A DNA stretch of 63,154 nt, the filler included, from Octopus bimaculoides (Eukaryota): NCBI RefSeq assembly GCF_001194135.2. It is 6 parts of 5 records of this genome, joined end to end, with 100 filler letters (N's around TTAATTAATTAA, not from the genome) between each part and the next. Parts side by side here need not be neighbours in the genome. Positions count along the whole stretch, not along the records: positions 1 to 24,004 come from NC_068983.1; 5 more parts are not named here. One strand, written 5' to 3'. Made by a program: the position numbers and the translations under genes. This document shows, piece by piece, positions 1-13,213 of this stretch. The notes below the pieces were generated by a model that was not told the DNA's origin, did not search any database, and worked only from the letters and a program-made list of their open reading frames with translations. The stretch's first letter is position 1. Each line of letters starts with the position of its first letter.

Positions 1-24
1 ACATATATACATACATATATATAT

Positions 25-190
25 ATGCTGGTGCGTTTACGTCCCCGTTCCTTAGCGATGCGGCAAAAGCGACTGATAGGATACGTACTAGGTTTACAAA
101 GAATAAGTCCTAGGGTCGATTTACTCGACTAAAGGCGGTGCTCCAGCATGGCCGCAGTCAAATGACTCAAACAAGTAAAAGAGTAAAAGA
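25..190 (+). mobile_element. Octopus-type SINE family A, 3' half
   Basis: Matches the 3' half (gtttacgtcccc...ggcggtgctccagcatggccgcagtcaaatgact-aaacaagtaaaagag) repeated at 811-970, 6630-6800 and 10450-10650. Confidence 0.85.
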
Positions 191-660
191 GAGAGTAAAG
201 AGTATATACTTACAAATGCATATATATATACTTCATTTAAAATACAGAGATGCCTGTAATAGGACATCTGACCCGCTAGAAAGAGCAGCAAAAAACTCTA
301 TACCACAAAAATAGGAATAATTTCGAAAGGGAATGAAAAATAAAAACATTTACCAATCTATATTCCGTACCATGAATTCGAGTTATTTTAGTAAGATAAA
401 AATATACCTTACAAGGTCAAACTATCTTCAGCGGAATAACCAGATTACATATAAACACGAGTCATAGGAAAGATGGCTTATGTTTATATGTTAATTTTTC
501 AAAATTTACCGCGCATGTGCGCTTTACCTTATCGGCAGCAAATACAAAAATGCCGATTTTCTTCCAGAAATTAGCCAAAAAATATTCTATCATTATTAAT
601 AAATTTATTAATTTATTAATAATTTATTAATAATGATAGAATATATATATATGTAAATAT

Positions 661-755
661 ACGACGAGCCTCTTTCAGCTTCCGTCTACCAGCTCCACTC
701 ATAAGGCTTTGGTAGGCCCGGGGCTATAGTACAAGACACTTGCCAAAGGCGCCAT
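661..755 (-). mobile_element. SINE family A, 5' half fragment
   Basis: Reverse complement of the head segment (ggcaagtgtctt...ggtagacggaa-ctgaaag) seen at 14133 and 56515. Confidence 0.75.
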
Positions 756-970
756 GTGTGTCTGTTTGTGTGTCTGTGTTTGTCCCCCCCTCAACATTGC
801 TTGACAACCGATGCTGGTGCGTTTACGTCCCCGTTCCTTAGCGATGCGGCAAAAGAGACTGATAGGATACGTACTAGGTTTACAAAGAATAAGTCCTAGG
901 GTCGATTTACTCGACTAAAGGCGGTGCTCCAGCATGGCCGCAGTCAAATGACTCAAACAAGTAAAAGAGT
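756..970 (+). mobile_element. SINE family A, 3' half
   Basis: Same 3' half as 25-190; nearly identical to it. Confidence 0.85.
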
Positions 971-1019
971 GGTTAGTAAGTAAGATACTTACCACACTGC
1001 CTGCTATTATTGTTTACAA

Positions 1020-1490
1020 CAGCATTGATGGTGGGTGGCGATGGCGGTGGCGGTAATGTGATTTCAATTATAAGACAAGTGGTAATATTGATGTTGCTAG
1101 CGTTACTGTTGTTGCTGGTGGTGGTGGTGGTGGTGGTGGTGGCGATCTTGTTGATGGTGGTAATAGTGGTGATGGTTATGAGAGTGGCGTTGGTGCTGCT
1201 TTTGTTTTTGTTCTTGTTCTTGTTGATGGCAGCGGCAGTGGTGGCAGTAACGGTGGTGATAGGGGTGGTGGTGGCTATAATGACGTTGTTCTTGTTAATG
1301 AAAGCCTTTCAGTTGCTCTCGTTGTTTGTTGGTTGTTGTTTGATAATACTATTCCAGATTGTGTTGGTGGCGGCGGTGTTCATTCTAATAGGTATCAACC
1401 TCTTCCTATTGGTATATTACAGTATCGTTATTGTTGTTGTTGTTGTTGTTGGAATTGTAACTGATTGTTGTTGATGTTGTTGTTGTTTGC
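1020..1490. repeat. (GGT/GTT/GAT)n low-complexity trinucleotide tract
   Basis: Degenerate trinucleotide repeat; explains the Val/Leu-rich 154-aa ORF. Confidence 0.8.
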
Positions 1491-1642
1491 ATTTCTTCTC
1501 TCAGCAATTAGTCAGTCTTACCTCCACTAATTAGACACGAGACGCCTTTATTGCTACATGCCATAGCATCTATTATACATAGACCCATACATACCATATA
1601 CTTACATACATACATACATACATACATAAGTGTGTGTATACA

Positions 1643-1680
<38 letters not shown>

Positions 1681-1990
1681 NNNNNNNNNNNNNNNNNNNN
1701 NNNNNNNNNNNNNNNNNNNNNNNNNNNNNNNNNNNNNNNNNNNNNNNNNNNNNNNNNNNNNNNNNNNNNNNNNNNNNNNNNNNNNNNNNNNNNNNNNNNN
1801 NNNNNNNNNNNNNNNNNNNNNNNNNNNNNNNNNNNNNNNNNNNNNNNNNNNNNNNNNNNNNNNNNNNNNNNNNNNNNNNNNNNNNNNNNNNNNNNNNNNN
1901 NNNNNNNNNNNNNNNNNNNNNNNNNNNNNNNNNNNNNNNNNNNNNNNNNNNNNNNNNNNNNNNNNNNNNNNNNNNNNNNNNNNNNNNNNN

Positions 1991-2026
<36 letters not shown>

Positions 2027-2875
2027 CGCGTGTGGCTATTGATATTTATATACATATATACATGTATATATGTATATATATGCACTTATAAATGTATATA
2101 CGTGCATTTGTGTGGTTGTGTATGTATGCATACATATGTATATGTAAGCATGTGTATATACAAAACATATACTTATATGTATATGAGTGCATACTTATTG
2201 GTTTGATCCAGTATAGTTTTTGAAGTGTAATTTTTCTAAAAATATTACTTTTTTAAAAACATGTTATGAAAATGAGGATGTTTCGAACCGTTATTGGGAG
2301 GAAGGATTTTTCTAGTGCGAGAGTGCTTTCGTTAAACCTTTTCAAACACACGTGCTCTTAAAGAAGTTGTCAGTTTTGTGGTAGTGGTAGTATTATTTCC
2401 GGTGTATTTTCGAACTTTTGATATAAGTCATAAATATTCTTTTACCATTGTATATTATGTGTGTGAGTGTGTATGTGCTTTGTAGTTAGACATGGCCTGG
2501 GCCAATCTTTGGTCAAAGCAGGTCTAAGTTATTGAAGTTATCGAAGTTATACTCAGCTGTAAACGTACAAACTAGCGACGGACGAGTTTTTCGATGAAAG
2601 AGAATGTTGCCCTGCTCGTCCAGCAAGAGCAGTGGCGTCATTCGCAAGGTAAAACTATGCAAAGTGCATTGTGGCCAGCGATGTATAACAAAAATCCGAT
2701 AGTTAGCCCGATACCGTTATATGTCTTTTATAATTTATACCTTACTAGTTCGAGCGCTGTGGCCATACTGGAGTGCAGCCATTAGAGCACTTTCTCATAT
2801 GTATGTATATATGAAAGTAGTTGCGGTGTGCTTTAGTGCTACCACATATAAGGTAGAAAGACGTCATTGCGTTTG

Positions 2876-2937
<62 letters not shown>

Positions 2938-2947
2938 NNNNNNNNNN

Positions 2948-3005
<58 letters not shown>

Positions 3006-4546
3006 CTATGTATGTATTTATGTATGTATATAAATATATAGCGAGAGAGAGAGATAAATAAATACAAACATTCGTACATGTGTATGCATGCATGTGTGCA
3101 TGTGTATTTCCTCCATGTTTCTATATGAGCATAGCCCATAAATATTTGCATCCGTGTGCGCGCGTGTGTGTGAGTGCGTGTCAGTAACAGCGTTCATAAA
3201 ATTGGCGCCTCCATATTGTACAAGCAATACTGCAATATTGACAGTCGCCATATTAAAACACCATAAAATTAAAAACAAAACTGTATACAGTAAAGTAGGG
3301 GGCAATGGGAGGACGAAATATTATGGTAACAATTAATCGATCCTTGGAAATTGCACACTGTCCACCTTGTTGACGTTTTTTGTCCACATTTCTTTGCTGT
3401 CTCACTAATTAACCAATTATCACATTAAAAGGGTTCCTTTTATGGACAGAAAATAAAAACAAAATACGGCAATGTCGAACAATCAAATAAGCAAATACAG
3501 CTCATTGTGTCGTATGTTGAATATTGTGTGTATTCTCCCACTGACACATATGTATGTGTGTGTGTATNNNNNNNNNNNNNNNNNNNNNNNNNNNNNNNNN
3601 NNNNNNNNNNNNNNNNNNNNNNNNNNNNNNNNNNNNNNNNNNNNNNNNNNNNNNNNNNNNNNNNNNNNNNNNNNNNNNNNNNNNNNNNNNNNNNNNNNNN
3701 NNNNNNNNNNNNNNNNNNNNNNNNNNNNNNNNNNNNNNNNNNNNNNNNNNNNNNNNNNNNNNNNNNNNNNNNNNNNNNNNNNNNNNNNNNNNNNNNNNNN
3801 NNNNNNNNNNNNNNNNNNNNNNNNNNNNNNNNNNNNNNNNNNNNNNNNNNNNNNNNNNNNNNNNNNNNNNNNNNNNNNNNNNNNNNNNNNNNNNNNNNNN
3901 NNNNNNNNNNNNNNNNNNNNNNNNNNNNNNNNNNNNNNNNNNNNNNNNNNNNNNNNNNNNNNNNNNNNNNNNNNNNNNNNNNNNNNNNNNNNNNNNNNNN
4001 NNNNNNNNNNNNNNNNNNNNNNNNNNNNNNNNNTATATACACACACACATACATATATGTAAATTGTTAAGGTTGTAATGTTTATAAATGCATAAGTATA
4101 TTTATGTACGTTTTTAAATAAAACAGGCGGCTCCAATTAATGGCTACATTTATTTTGGGGGGGATAATTGTAAGTGATGCATTTGTACAAATATATTGAG
4201 TGTACATATATGTATATATACTCGTGCATATAAACTGTGTATGTGTGTGAGTATATTTGTGCATGTGAGTATATTTGTGAGTATATTTGTGCATGTGAGT
4301 ATATTTGTGTGTGAGTATATTTGTGCGTGTATACATGCAGACACGAGCGCATATAAACGCAGCTCTATCCAGCCAGCCAGCCATCTATCCATCTATACAT
4401 ACAAACATTCATGCATACATACATACATACATGCATGCATACATGCATACATGCATACATACATGTACATACATACTTGCATGTAGTGCTAGCATGTTAG
4501 ACTTGGCCTGGGCCAGTCGTAGCCGAAACTTGTCTATGTAACCCAG

Positions 4547-4623
<77 letters not shown>

Positions 4624-4857
4624 ACAGGAATCCCACGCAACTCAACAAATTTGTTAAAATTGAGAAGAGATGTTGAAATTTTAAAGAATTTTTATACATG
4701 CATCCGATCGTTTCAAAATAGCGATTTAAACATGTAAATTAATGGTAGAATAAGTAAATTAATGGTAGAATAAGTAAATTAATTACATATTACTGTTCTT
4801 CTCAGTGCAAGAAGTAGAAACAAACAATTAATTAATTAATTAATTTATTTATTTATA

Positions 4858-4921
<64 letters not shown>

Positions 4922-5334
4922 CATTACAGAAGAAATTTGTGAGAGATTTGGCTGCTACAGTAATCACTCGACTATCGCGAATTAGAAACAGTACTGTACT
5001 GTATGCTTTTTTAAAAATTATTTTTATAATTTGTATATATTTATTTTATTATGAATGCAAAACAACACCACAGAGGAATCGACGTAAGCTTAAATAATAA
5101 ACCGTGATAGGTGAATCGTGACATGGCAAGGGATTACCGTATATCATGAAGGCTCCCAATTCTGCTAGTATCATCTTTATGAGTGTCTCTGTTACTGTTG
5201 TTTAGCCCTAGAGTGATTCTGATCAAACATTACCATGATGAAACGCCTTCCAGCTGCCCTCCAATTCCATTATCCTCCATAACTGTTCTTTAGATAAAAA
5301 CAGTGAGTTACGATCTGGAGGAGATTTGTCTTTT

Positions 5335-5712
5335 GTCTTTTACTTGCTTCAGCCATTAGACTGCGGCCATGCTGGGGCACCGCCTTGAAAACATTGTTTT
5401 AGTCGAATGAATCCACCCCAGTTCTTATTTTTTCTAAAGTCTGGTACTTCCGCTATCAGTGTTTATCGCTAAGATACGGGGACGTAAACTCAGCAACACC
5501 GGTTGTTAAGCGGTGGTGGGATAAACACACACATATACACACAAAGATATATGCCGGGGTTCTTTCAGTTTCCTAGAAATCCACTCACAAGACTTTGATC
5601 GTCCCGAGGCTATAGTAGAATACGCTTCCCCAAGTTTCCACGCATTGGCACTGAACTCGGAACCATGTGGTTGGGAAGCAAACTTCTTATCACACAGTCA
5701 CGCCTAAGCCTG
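5335..5712 (-). mobile_element. SINE family A, full-length degenerate copy
   Basis: Tail (5335-5530), internal (CA/TA)n and head ending cacacagtcacgcct, in reverse orientation. Confidence 0.8.
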
Positions 5713-5852
5713 GCAGCTATTTCTAGCAAACCGATCAACCACATATACGTTTCCTCATTGGCTCTTAAAAACTCCCAAGTTTATTGAAATGGTAATATCG
5801 TAGACGGCAACATCCTACAATAGATAAATAGATTTGCCATTTTCGAGTGCAA

Positions 5853-5983
5853 CTAATTCTTTCGACCAGCGTAGAATCCTGTACACTTTAGATATGGGAA
5901 TAGTCCAGACGACATTGGTCTTTCATTCCGAAGCCGCATTACCATTTTCGGATGCAACAGATTGTTCCAAACGATAACAGAGT
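5853..5983 (-). CDS. Candidate terminal exon (xSVIVWNNLLHPKMVMRLRNERPMSSGLFPYLKCTGFYAGRKN*)
   Basis: Pyrimidine-rich acceptor tatctcttcag then 43 codons ending in TAG in non-repetitive DNA; no homology recognised. Confidence 0.25.
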
Positions 5984-6319
5984 CTGAAGAGATATTAATC
6001 GCGAGACTGATTAATAATTCATAACAGATGATGAATGATATTTCATACTACAATATACCTAGATATTAGAGTTATGCGTACGTATAATCACATACATGAA
6101 AACACATACACACACACACACACACACATACACAACACACACACACATGCATGCATGAATACTTGCGTACACACGCACACATATATATATTTCCAGTATT
6201 CCCATACACATTCTAAAGACAAAAATTGCACACACTCACGCACGCACGGGCACATGCGCACATGAACACGCATACAAAGACACACGAACGTACAAACATA
6301 TATTCATGGAATACACACA

Positions 6320-6353
<34 letters not shown>

Positions 6354-6435
6354 NNNNNNNNNNNNNNNNNNNNNNNNNNNNNNNNNNNNNNNNNNNNNNN
6401 NNNNNNNNNNNNNNNNNNNNNNNNNNNNNNNNNNA

Positions 6436-6800
6436 TAGGCGGAGGAGTGACTGTGTGGTAATTTACTTGCTTACCATACACATGGCTCCGGGTTCAGTCC
6501 CACTGCGTGGCATCTTGGGCAAGTGTCTTCTACTATGGCCTCGGGCCGATTAAAGCCTTGTGAGTGGATTTGGTAGACGGGAACTGAAAGAAGCCTGACG
6601 TTTATATATATATATGTGTGTGTGTGTTTGTCCCCCCCCCCAACATCGCTTAACAACCGATGTTGATGTGTTTACGTCCCCGTAACTTAGAGGTTCGGCA
6701 AAAGATACTGATAGCATAAGTACTAGGCTTACAAACAATAAGTTCTGGGGTCGATTTGTTCTATTAAAGGCGGTGTTTCAGTATGGCTGCAGTCAAATGA
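6436..6800 (+). mobile_element. SINE family A, full-length (tRNA-derived head, CORE-like centre, internal TA/TG microsatellite)
   Basis: aggcggaggagtgactgtgtggtaa...gggttcagtcccactgcgtggcatcttgggcaagtgtctt...; box-B-like GGTTCAGTCCC. Confidence 0.88.
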
Positions 6801-7035
6801 CTGAAACAAATAAAGGAATATATATATTATATACACACACGCACATACATATATATAAGTTTAAACAAACAAGGTATAAAGTGCTAAAATCAAAATACAG
6901 AGAAAATAATAATAATAAAAATATTATTGCTATGCTGAGATTCCTCTCTATTGCTACTCAGAGTTTCCCGTTTCCTGCTGGTTATGTCACATGTTATTTG
7001 TATCAATATTTATATCGGGATGAGAAAGACACCGT

Positions 7036-7254
7036 TTAAATAGTGATGGACACAGTACAAAATAATGTATGTATAATATAGAATCGAGCCAATTGGACCG
7101 TAATCAGTGTCGAAGACGCATAATTGAGAACGGTAACAGAATAGCCTGATGTGTGATGTTCATTGTCTTTGAGGTAAACATTCGGATCAGCATTCCTGAA
7201 ATGTGTAATCACGGACAATAAGTCTTCTGCGTGGATAGTCCAGTGGCTGTGATA
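7036..7254 (-). CDS. Candidate last coding exon of an uncharacterised secreted or GPI-anchored protein (YHSHWTIHAEDLLSVITHFRNADPNVYLKD...ASSTLITVQLARFYIIHTLFCTVSITI*)
   Basis: Acceptor ttttaactgacag, 72 open codons in phase 0, hydrophobic C-terminal tail with no cytoplasmic residues. Confidence 0.45.
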   Translation of the reverse strand, partial: YHSHWTIHAEDLLSVITHFRNADPNVYLKDNEHHTSGYSVTVLNYASSTLITVQLARFYIIHTLFCTVSITI

Positions 7255-7303
7255 CTGTCAGTTAAAAGTTTATACATTGTAACTGACTAGAGAATCTACT
7301 ACA

Positions 7304-7334
<31 letters not shown>

Positions 7335-8224
7335 GTTTGTATATATATGTATATATATATATATANNNNNNNNNNNNNNNNNNNNNNNNNNNNNNNNNNN
7401 NNNNNNNNNNNNNNNNNNNNNNNNNNNNNNNNNNNNNNNNNNNNNNNNNNNNNNNNNNNNNNNNNNNNNNNNNNNNNNNNNNNNNNNNNNNNNNNNNNNN
7501 NNNNNNNNNNNNNNNNNNNNNNNNNNNNNNNNNNNNNNNNNNNNNNNNNNNNNNNNNNNNNNNNNNNNNNNNNNNNNNNNNNNNNNNNNNNNNNNNNNNN
7601 NNNNNNNNNNNNNNNNNNNNNNNNNNNNNNNNNNNNNNNNNNNNNNNNNNNNNNNNNNNNNNNNNNNNNNNNNNNNNNNNNNNNNNNNNNNNNNNNNNNN
7701 NNNNNNNNNNNNNNNNNNNNNNNNNNNNNNNNNNNNNNNNNNNNNNNNNNNNNNNNNNNNNNNNNNNNNNNNNNNNNNNNNNNNNNNNNNNNNNNNNNNN
7801 NNNNNNNNNNNNNNNNNNNNNNNNNNNNNNNNNNNNNNNNNNNNNNNNNNNNNNNNNNNNNNNNNNNNNNNNNNNNNNNNNNNNNNNNNNNNNNNNNNNN
7901 NNNNNNNNNNNNNNNNNNNNNNNNNNNNNNNNNNNNNNNNNNNNNNNNNNNNNNNNNNNNNNNNNNNNNNNNNNNNNNNNNNNNNNNNNNNNNNNNNNNN
8001 NNNNNNNNNNNNNNNNNNNNNNNNNNNNNNNNNNNNNNNNNNNNNNNNNNNNNNNNNNNNNNNNNNNNNNNNNNNNNNNNNNNNNNNNNNNNNNNNNNNN
8101 NNNNNNNNNNNNNNNNNNNNNNNNNNNNNNNNNNNNNNNNNNNNNNNNNNNNNNNNNNNNNNNNNNNNNNNNNNNNNTATATATATATATATATATGTAT
8201 ATACGTATTTTTTTATTTTTTTAT

Positions 8225-8630
8225 TCTTTTATTTCTTTCAGTCATTTGACTACGGCCATGCTGGTGCACCACTTTTAGTCAAGCAAATCGACCCCAGGCC
8301 TTATTCTTTGTAAGCCTAGTACTTATTCTATCGGTCTATTTTACGAACAGTTAGGTTGTGGGGACGTAAACGCACCACCATCGATTGTCAAACGATGTTA
8401 GGGGGACAAACACAGACACACAAACATACACACACGCACATACACACACACTTGCACACACACACACATATATGTATATATATACGTCAGTTTCCGTCTA
8501 CCAAATCCACTCACAAGGCTTTGGTCGGCCCGAGGCTATAGCAGAAGACACTGAACCCAGAGTCATGTCGTTGGGAAGCAAGCTACTTAACACTCAGCCA
8601 CTTCTGCGTCTGTTATTTACCACACAGCCC
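8225..8630 (-). mobile_element. SINE family A, full-length copy with internal (CA)n
   Basis: Reverse complement of family A tail and head. Confidence 0.82.
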
Positions 8631-8653
8631 CTCGTGCGTTAATATATATATAC

Positions 8654-8707
<54 letters not shown>

Positions 8708-8834
8708 GCGCACTTTATTTCATATAGTCATTGAAATAGTCATTACACCATTTACCTATTGAAATACTGTGTACTCTCAGCAATTTTGTGTGAAATATTC
8801 TGCTAGAGTAAACCTAGTTATTATCGAGACAATT

Positions 8835-9230
8835 ATTCAAGGATGATCTCGAATTTTACTGCAAAAGTGAAAAGACAAGAAGCTCTTTGCTACCGTCTAT
8901 TAGAATTTCCGCTGAGGTATTGTAATACAGATTGATATTGACAGATATGTCGTGCTTGTAATAAAGAGAGGATATTGGATATAGTTTGAAGATATCACAC
9001 TTAGAGATAATAAGGCAATAATATGACTGAAATTAACTGAGAGATATCCTATTATTACGTTGTAGTTCAAGACGATGAGCTGAAATAGAAGAAAATAGGA
9101 GATAAATTTGCTGAACAATGTTAGATGTTCAAAAAAGCAGAAAGATCTTTCAGACAAAATATAATGGAGGGAGCAGCAAACAAGGAATCAGCTCTTGGAC
9201 AATACTTATTCTGAAATATCCTGCTGATGG
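8835..9230 (+). pseudogene. Dong/R4-like non-LTR retrotransposon RT fragment, heavily degraded
   Basis: Translates piecewise to FKDDLEFYCKSEK, DIDRYVVLVIKRG, RKIFQTKYNGGSSKQGISSWTILILKYPA, resembling the (F/Y)xDD RT domain and thumb of R4/Dong elements. Confidence 0.7.
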
Positions 9231-9479
9231 GTCATGAATTTTGGTACAGCTGTTTTTGATGTCCCCTATTTGGCGTCACTGATTCGACGCTGACTTACTT
9301 GACATCAGATGTTTTAATCTTTCTCTCGTACTTTCTTCTCTCCCTTCACTTCCCTCTATTTATGTGTGTCACCATATTTCCCTTTATGATTTTAAGGAGA
9401 GAAAGTGTTTATGTTAATCGTGTTCCGCTAATGAATTGTAACGTTTCTCTCTCTCCCTCTCCCTTCCTCCTCCTCCCAT

Positions 9480-9720
9480 CTCAAATACAAGCGGCTGAAT
9501 TAAGGTTCCTCCTAAGGATCTCTGAAGTAACGTTTCTCGTCAGCATACGTAGCTCTGATATCAGGGGGTCTGTCCAAGTCGAGCCGTTACTTCTCTGCAT
9601 CGAGGCATCACAGCTTCGGTACTTACAGACATGAGATTAAAATGTCGCAGAAATGAATCGCAAGATGGATTCTTCAGGTTGAGTTGATCGACAAGTGACA
9701 TCGTGAAAGACCAAGAATAA
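9480..9720 (+). pseudogene. RTE-clade LINE RT C-terminal fragment
   Basis: QIQAAELRFLLRISEVTFLVSIRSSDIRGSVQVEPLLLCIEASQLRY matches the RTE/Rex3-type motif IQAAEMxFLRRxxGxxxxDRxRSSxIRxxLxVEPLLLxIExSQLRW. Confidence 0.8.
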
Positions 9721-10014
9721 AATCTCATTTGGTCATGATTGGGAATAAAACCAGAAAGTGTGATGGTTGTTGCTTCTGATATGGCATAAAAAAGGAATGA
9801 AAGGAGAATAGGGATGGGTGGGTGGATGGATAGAACCAAAATACCTCTTAGTCGTTATTGATGGACGAGAGTAAAATTGCAGGATGGAGTAAACTCGTTG
9901 ATGCACTCTGTTAACAAATGCTAAGGAAAGCTTATACATTCAAACCAGGACATTCAATAGGGAAGTTTAGAAGGAACATTGTAAAGAAAAGGGAGAGTAA
10001 GAAGACAGAAAGGA

Positions 10015-10650
10015 AAGTGAGTTTCGTGGTTAGTTTATCGCGTACCCTTCACAACCACGTGGTTTCAGGTTCAGCCCCACTGCAAGGTTACCTTGGGCAA
10101 ATATTTTCTATTACAGCTACAAACAGACCGATGCCTTGTAACAGAATTTGGTAGATGGAAACTGCGTGGAAGCTCACCGTGTATATATATATATATGTAT
10201 AAACGTGAGTATGTATGTATGTATGTATATATATATATGTGTGTGTGGGTGTGTATGTGTATAAACGTGTGTATGTGTATAAACGTGTGTATGTATGTGT
10301 ATATATATGTATCTATTATATGTATATTTATACGTATGTATGTATGTATATATATATATACGTGTATATGTATGTATGTATCTATGTATGTATATATGTG
10401 CGTGTGTGCGTATATGTGTGTGTGTGTGCGTCTATGTGTGTGTGTTTGTGTGTCTGTGTTTGTCCCCCAACATCGCTTGACAACTGATGCTGGTGTGTTT
10501 ACGTCTCCGTAACTTAGCAGTTCGGCTAAAGAGACCGATAGAATAAGTACTAGGCTTACAAAGAATAAATCCTGGGGTCGATTTGCTCGACAAAAAGCGG
10601 TACTCCAGCATCGCCGCAGTCAAATGACAGAAACAAGTAAAAGGAAAGAA
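10015..10650 (+). mobile_element. SINE family A with expanded internal TA/TG microsatellite
   Basis: Degenerate head 10015-10180, about 260 bp of microsatellite, conserved tail 10445-10650. Confidence 0.8.
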
Positions 10651-10666
10651 AAAATGAATATATATA

Positions 10667-10716
<50 letters not shown>

Positions 10717-10913
10717 CGCGCGCGCACTAAAGACTCTCCGTCGTTAGATGACGGATCAAGGACCTGTAATTTCTTTCTAAACGACCGCACAGAGGATTTG
10801 TTTATCGTGATCAAATGTTTGTGTTGCACATGCGCTCTCTGCCTTCATCACGTCAACATTAAATGTACAAATGCACAAGTGAGCCACAAAACAGATACCG
10901 AAATGATCGCAGA

Positions 10914-10957
<44 letters not shown>

Positions 10958-11258
10958 CTATAAGATAATTTGCTTGTTCGTTTGCTCATTACACATTAGT
11001 TAGAGGGGTCGAGTGAGTGAGTGAGAGGTGGGGTGAAGTGAGTGAGAGATAAGAGGGAAGAAAGAAGAGAAGAAGAAGTAGAGAAAGGTGATTAATATTT
11101 AATACACTTAGGCCGAATGGTTACGTGGCCAGCTAAAGGTAGATGTTAAGAACGAGAGAAAAAGACGACGAGAAAAAGAGGGAAAGAGAAGTGTTAACGA
11201 CGTGCAGTGGTGGATAGATAGATAGATAGATAGATAGGTAGATAGGTAGGTAGGTAGG

Positions 11259-11310
<52 letters not shown>

Positions 11311-11898
11311 CCGACAAACGGTTCGATAGATAAATAGATGTATGGATGGATAGGGGAAATGTGTGTATATATGTGTAAATGTATATATGGATATATTTGT
11401 GTGTATATACACATATATGCACATGAACAAGATATATATATATATTTGTATATATGTATATGCGTGTGTGAGTATGTGTGTATGATTGTGTGACTATGTA
11501 TGTACGAACGTGTTTATGTGTGAGTGTGTGTGTGTGGATGTGTGTGTGTGGATGTGTGTGTGTGTGTGTGTGTGTGTGGATGTGTGTGTGTGTGTGTGTG
11601 TAAAGAGACGCCAAAAGAAAATTAGTGGAAATTGGGAACCAATTGCGGTTTATTAACTTTAATAAACGCACAGCTAATAAATTACTTTATGATAATATAT
11701 CTAAATATATACACGCTAATAGTATTCCTGTGATTAAACATGCAGCAACTGGAATTACATATTATAATCCTGCTCCCCGTCTTCCTTATATTTGCATGTC
11801 CAAGTAATTACCTTTCGAGAAATAATTACTAAGAAACATAAACACATATACACATACATATACATAGAGATGACATACACATATATATATGTAAATGC

Positions 11899-11932
<34 letters not shown>

Positions 11933-12499
11933 GATAATACACTCATACATATAAATTTAAATACATGTATACCTACATCCATACATACCATTAGACATCC
12001 AAATGCTTCCAGAGAATAGCATATAGTCACGTGCGTTTGTGCGGGAGATGACGATATACTTATGCACGTACATATACACCTAGATACACTTAAATACACA
12101 CACACACACACACACACACACGCGCGCGCACTTACAAACTAATACAAATTGTGTGTACGTGATGCATGTATGCATGTACATATAAATATATGCATATATT
12201 ACTTTATATATGTGTGTCCTTGTCTATGAATATGTGTGCGTATATATATATATGTGTGTGTGTGTATATCATTGTGTCTGGAGGGGGTCATTCTCATTTA
12301 GTGCCGTATTATTTAGCACACTCACCGGTAAAGTTTCCACTCAGTTATATATTTTTCTAAAGTTTTCGTTGCGTCTTGCAACCTTTTCAATAGTCGTTAT
12401 ATATATATATATATATATATATACATACATATATATATATATATATNNNNNNNNNNNNATATATCTATATATATGCGCATTTGTCTAGCTTTTGTGCAT

Positions 12500-12966
12500 T
12501 TATGTAGATATTGCATTTGTGTAGCTTTCAATGCCAAAATCTTGCACAATCCCTTCCAGGATCTTCCAGATATTTTTTTACTGAATATCTCTCCCGTCTT
12601 CACTCCAGGGAGTAAAGTCTTAGCTCTTTCAGTCTATTCCAGTAGCTGAGCTGTTGCAATGAGACGACCTCCTTTGTGAAACTTCGCTGGATTGCTTCAA
12701 GATCCGCTGTTAATTTTACGCTGTGGGTTGACCATAGCTAGGAACAATAATCCAGGTGGCTGAGGACGAATGTCCTCCAGAGGACCATCATGGTCTCGTC
12801 CTCTCTGGTTCTGAACGTTCTCGGGATCCATCCAGCCAGTTGTCTGCACTTTGTGGCCATCCTGGTAGGGTGCACTGGAAAGAGGTATCATCACTCATGT
12901 CGATACTCAGGTCCTGTACTGATTTAGGCTCTGGGATTGTAATCCCCTGTGGACCAGTGGACCCTG
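12500..12966 (-). pseudogene. CR1-like LINE RT C-terminal fragment
   Basis: TGPQGITIPEPKSVQDLSIDMSDD...TGW...SLQQLSYWNRLKELRLYSLE*RRERY...WKILEG (frameshifted). Confidence 0.8.
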
Positions 12967-13210
12967 TAAGTTTTATAAACACGTTTTTAAGTGATAAAAC
13001 TTTCAGGTCCAAACCAAAAGTGGAATCAGATTTCAAAGATTTCTTAGCATCAAAGCCAATAATATTTTATCAACGAGGCATAAATAATCTCGTTGATTGA
13101 TGGCAGAGATGCATCGATGTCCACGGCTCATATTTTGACTTACCAAGACATTTCTAATTGTTAACTTTTCCAGAATAAAATTATGTTTCTGAAATCGGAA
13201 CAACATAATC
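12967..13210 (+). pseudogene. Mariner transposase C-terminal fragment
   Basis: NTFLSDKTFRSKPKVESDFKDFLASKPIIFYQRGINNLVD*WQRCIDVHGSYFD*, the typical mariner C-terminus. Confidence 0.8.
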
Positions 13211-13213
13211 ATT

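Noticed and set aside
1010-1474. 154-aa hydrophobic ORF resembling a multi-pass membrane protein
   Set aside because: Translation of a GGT/GTT/GAT trinucleotide tract; no real start context or domain
8900-9157. 85-aa hydrophobic minus-strand ORF resembling a receptor TM region
   Set aside because: Antisense of the degraded Dong/R4 RT fragment
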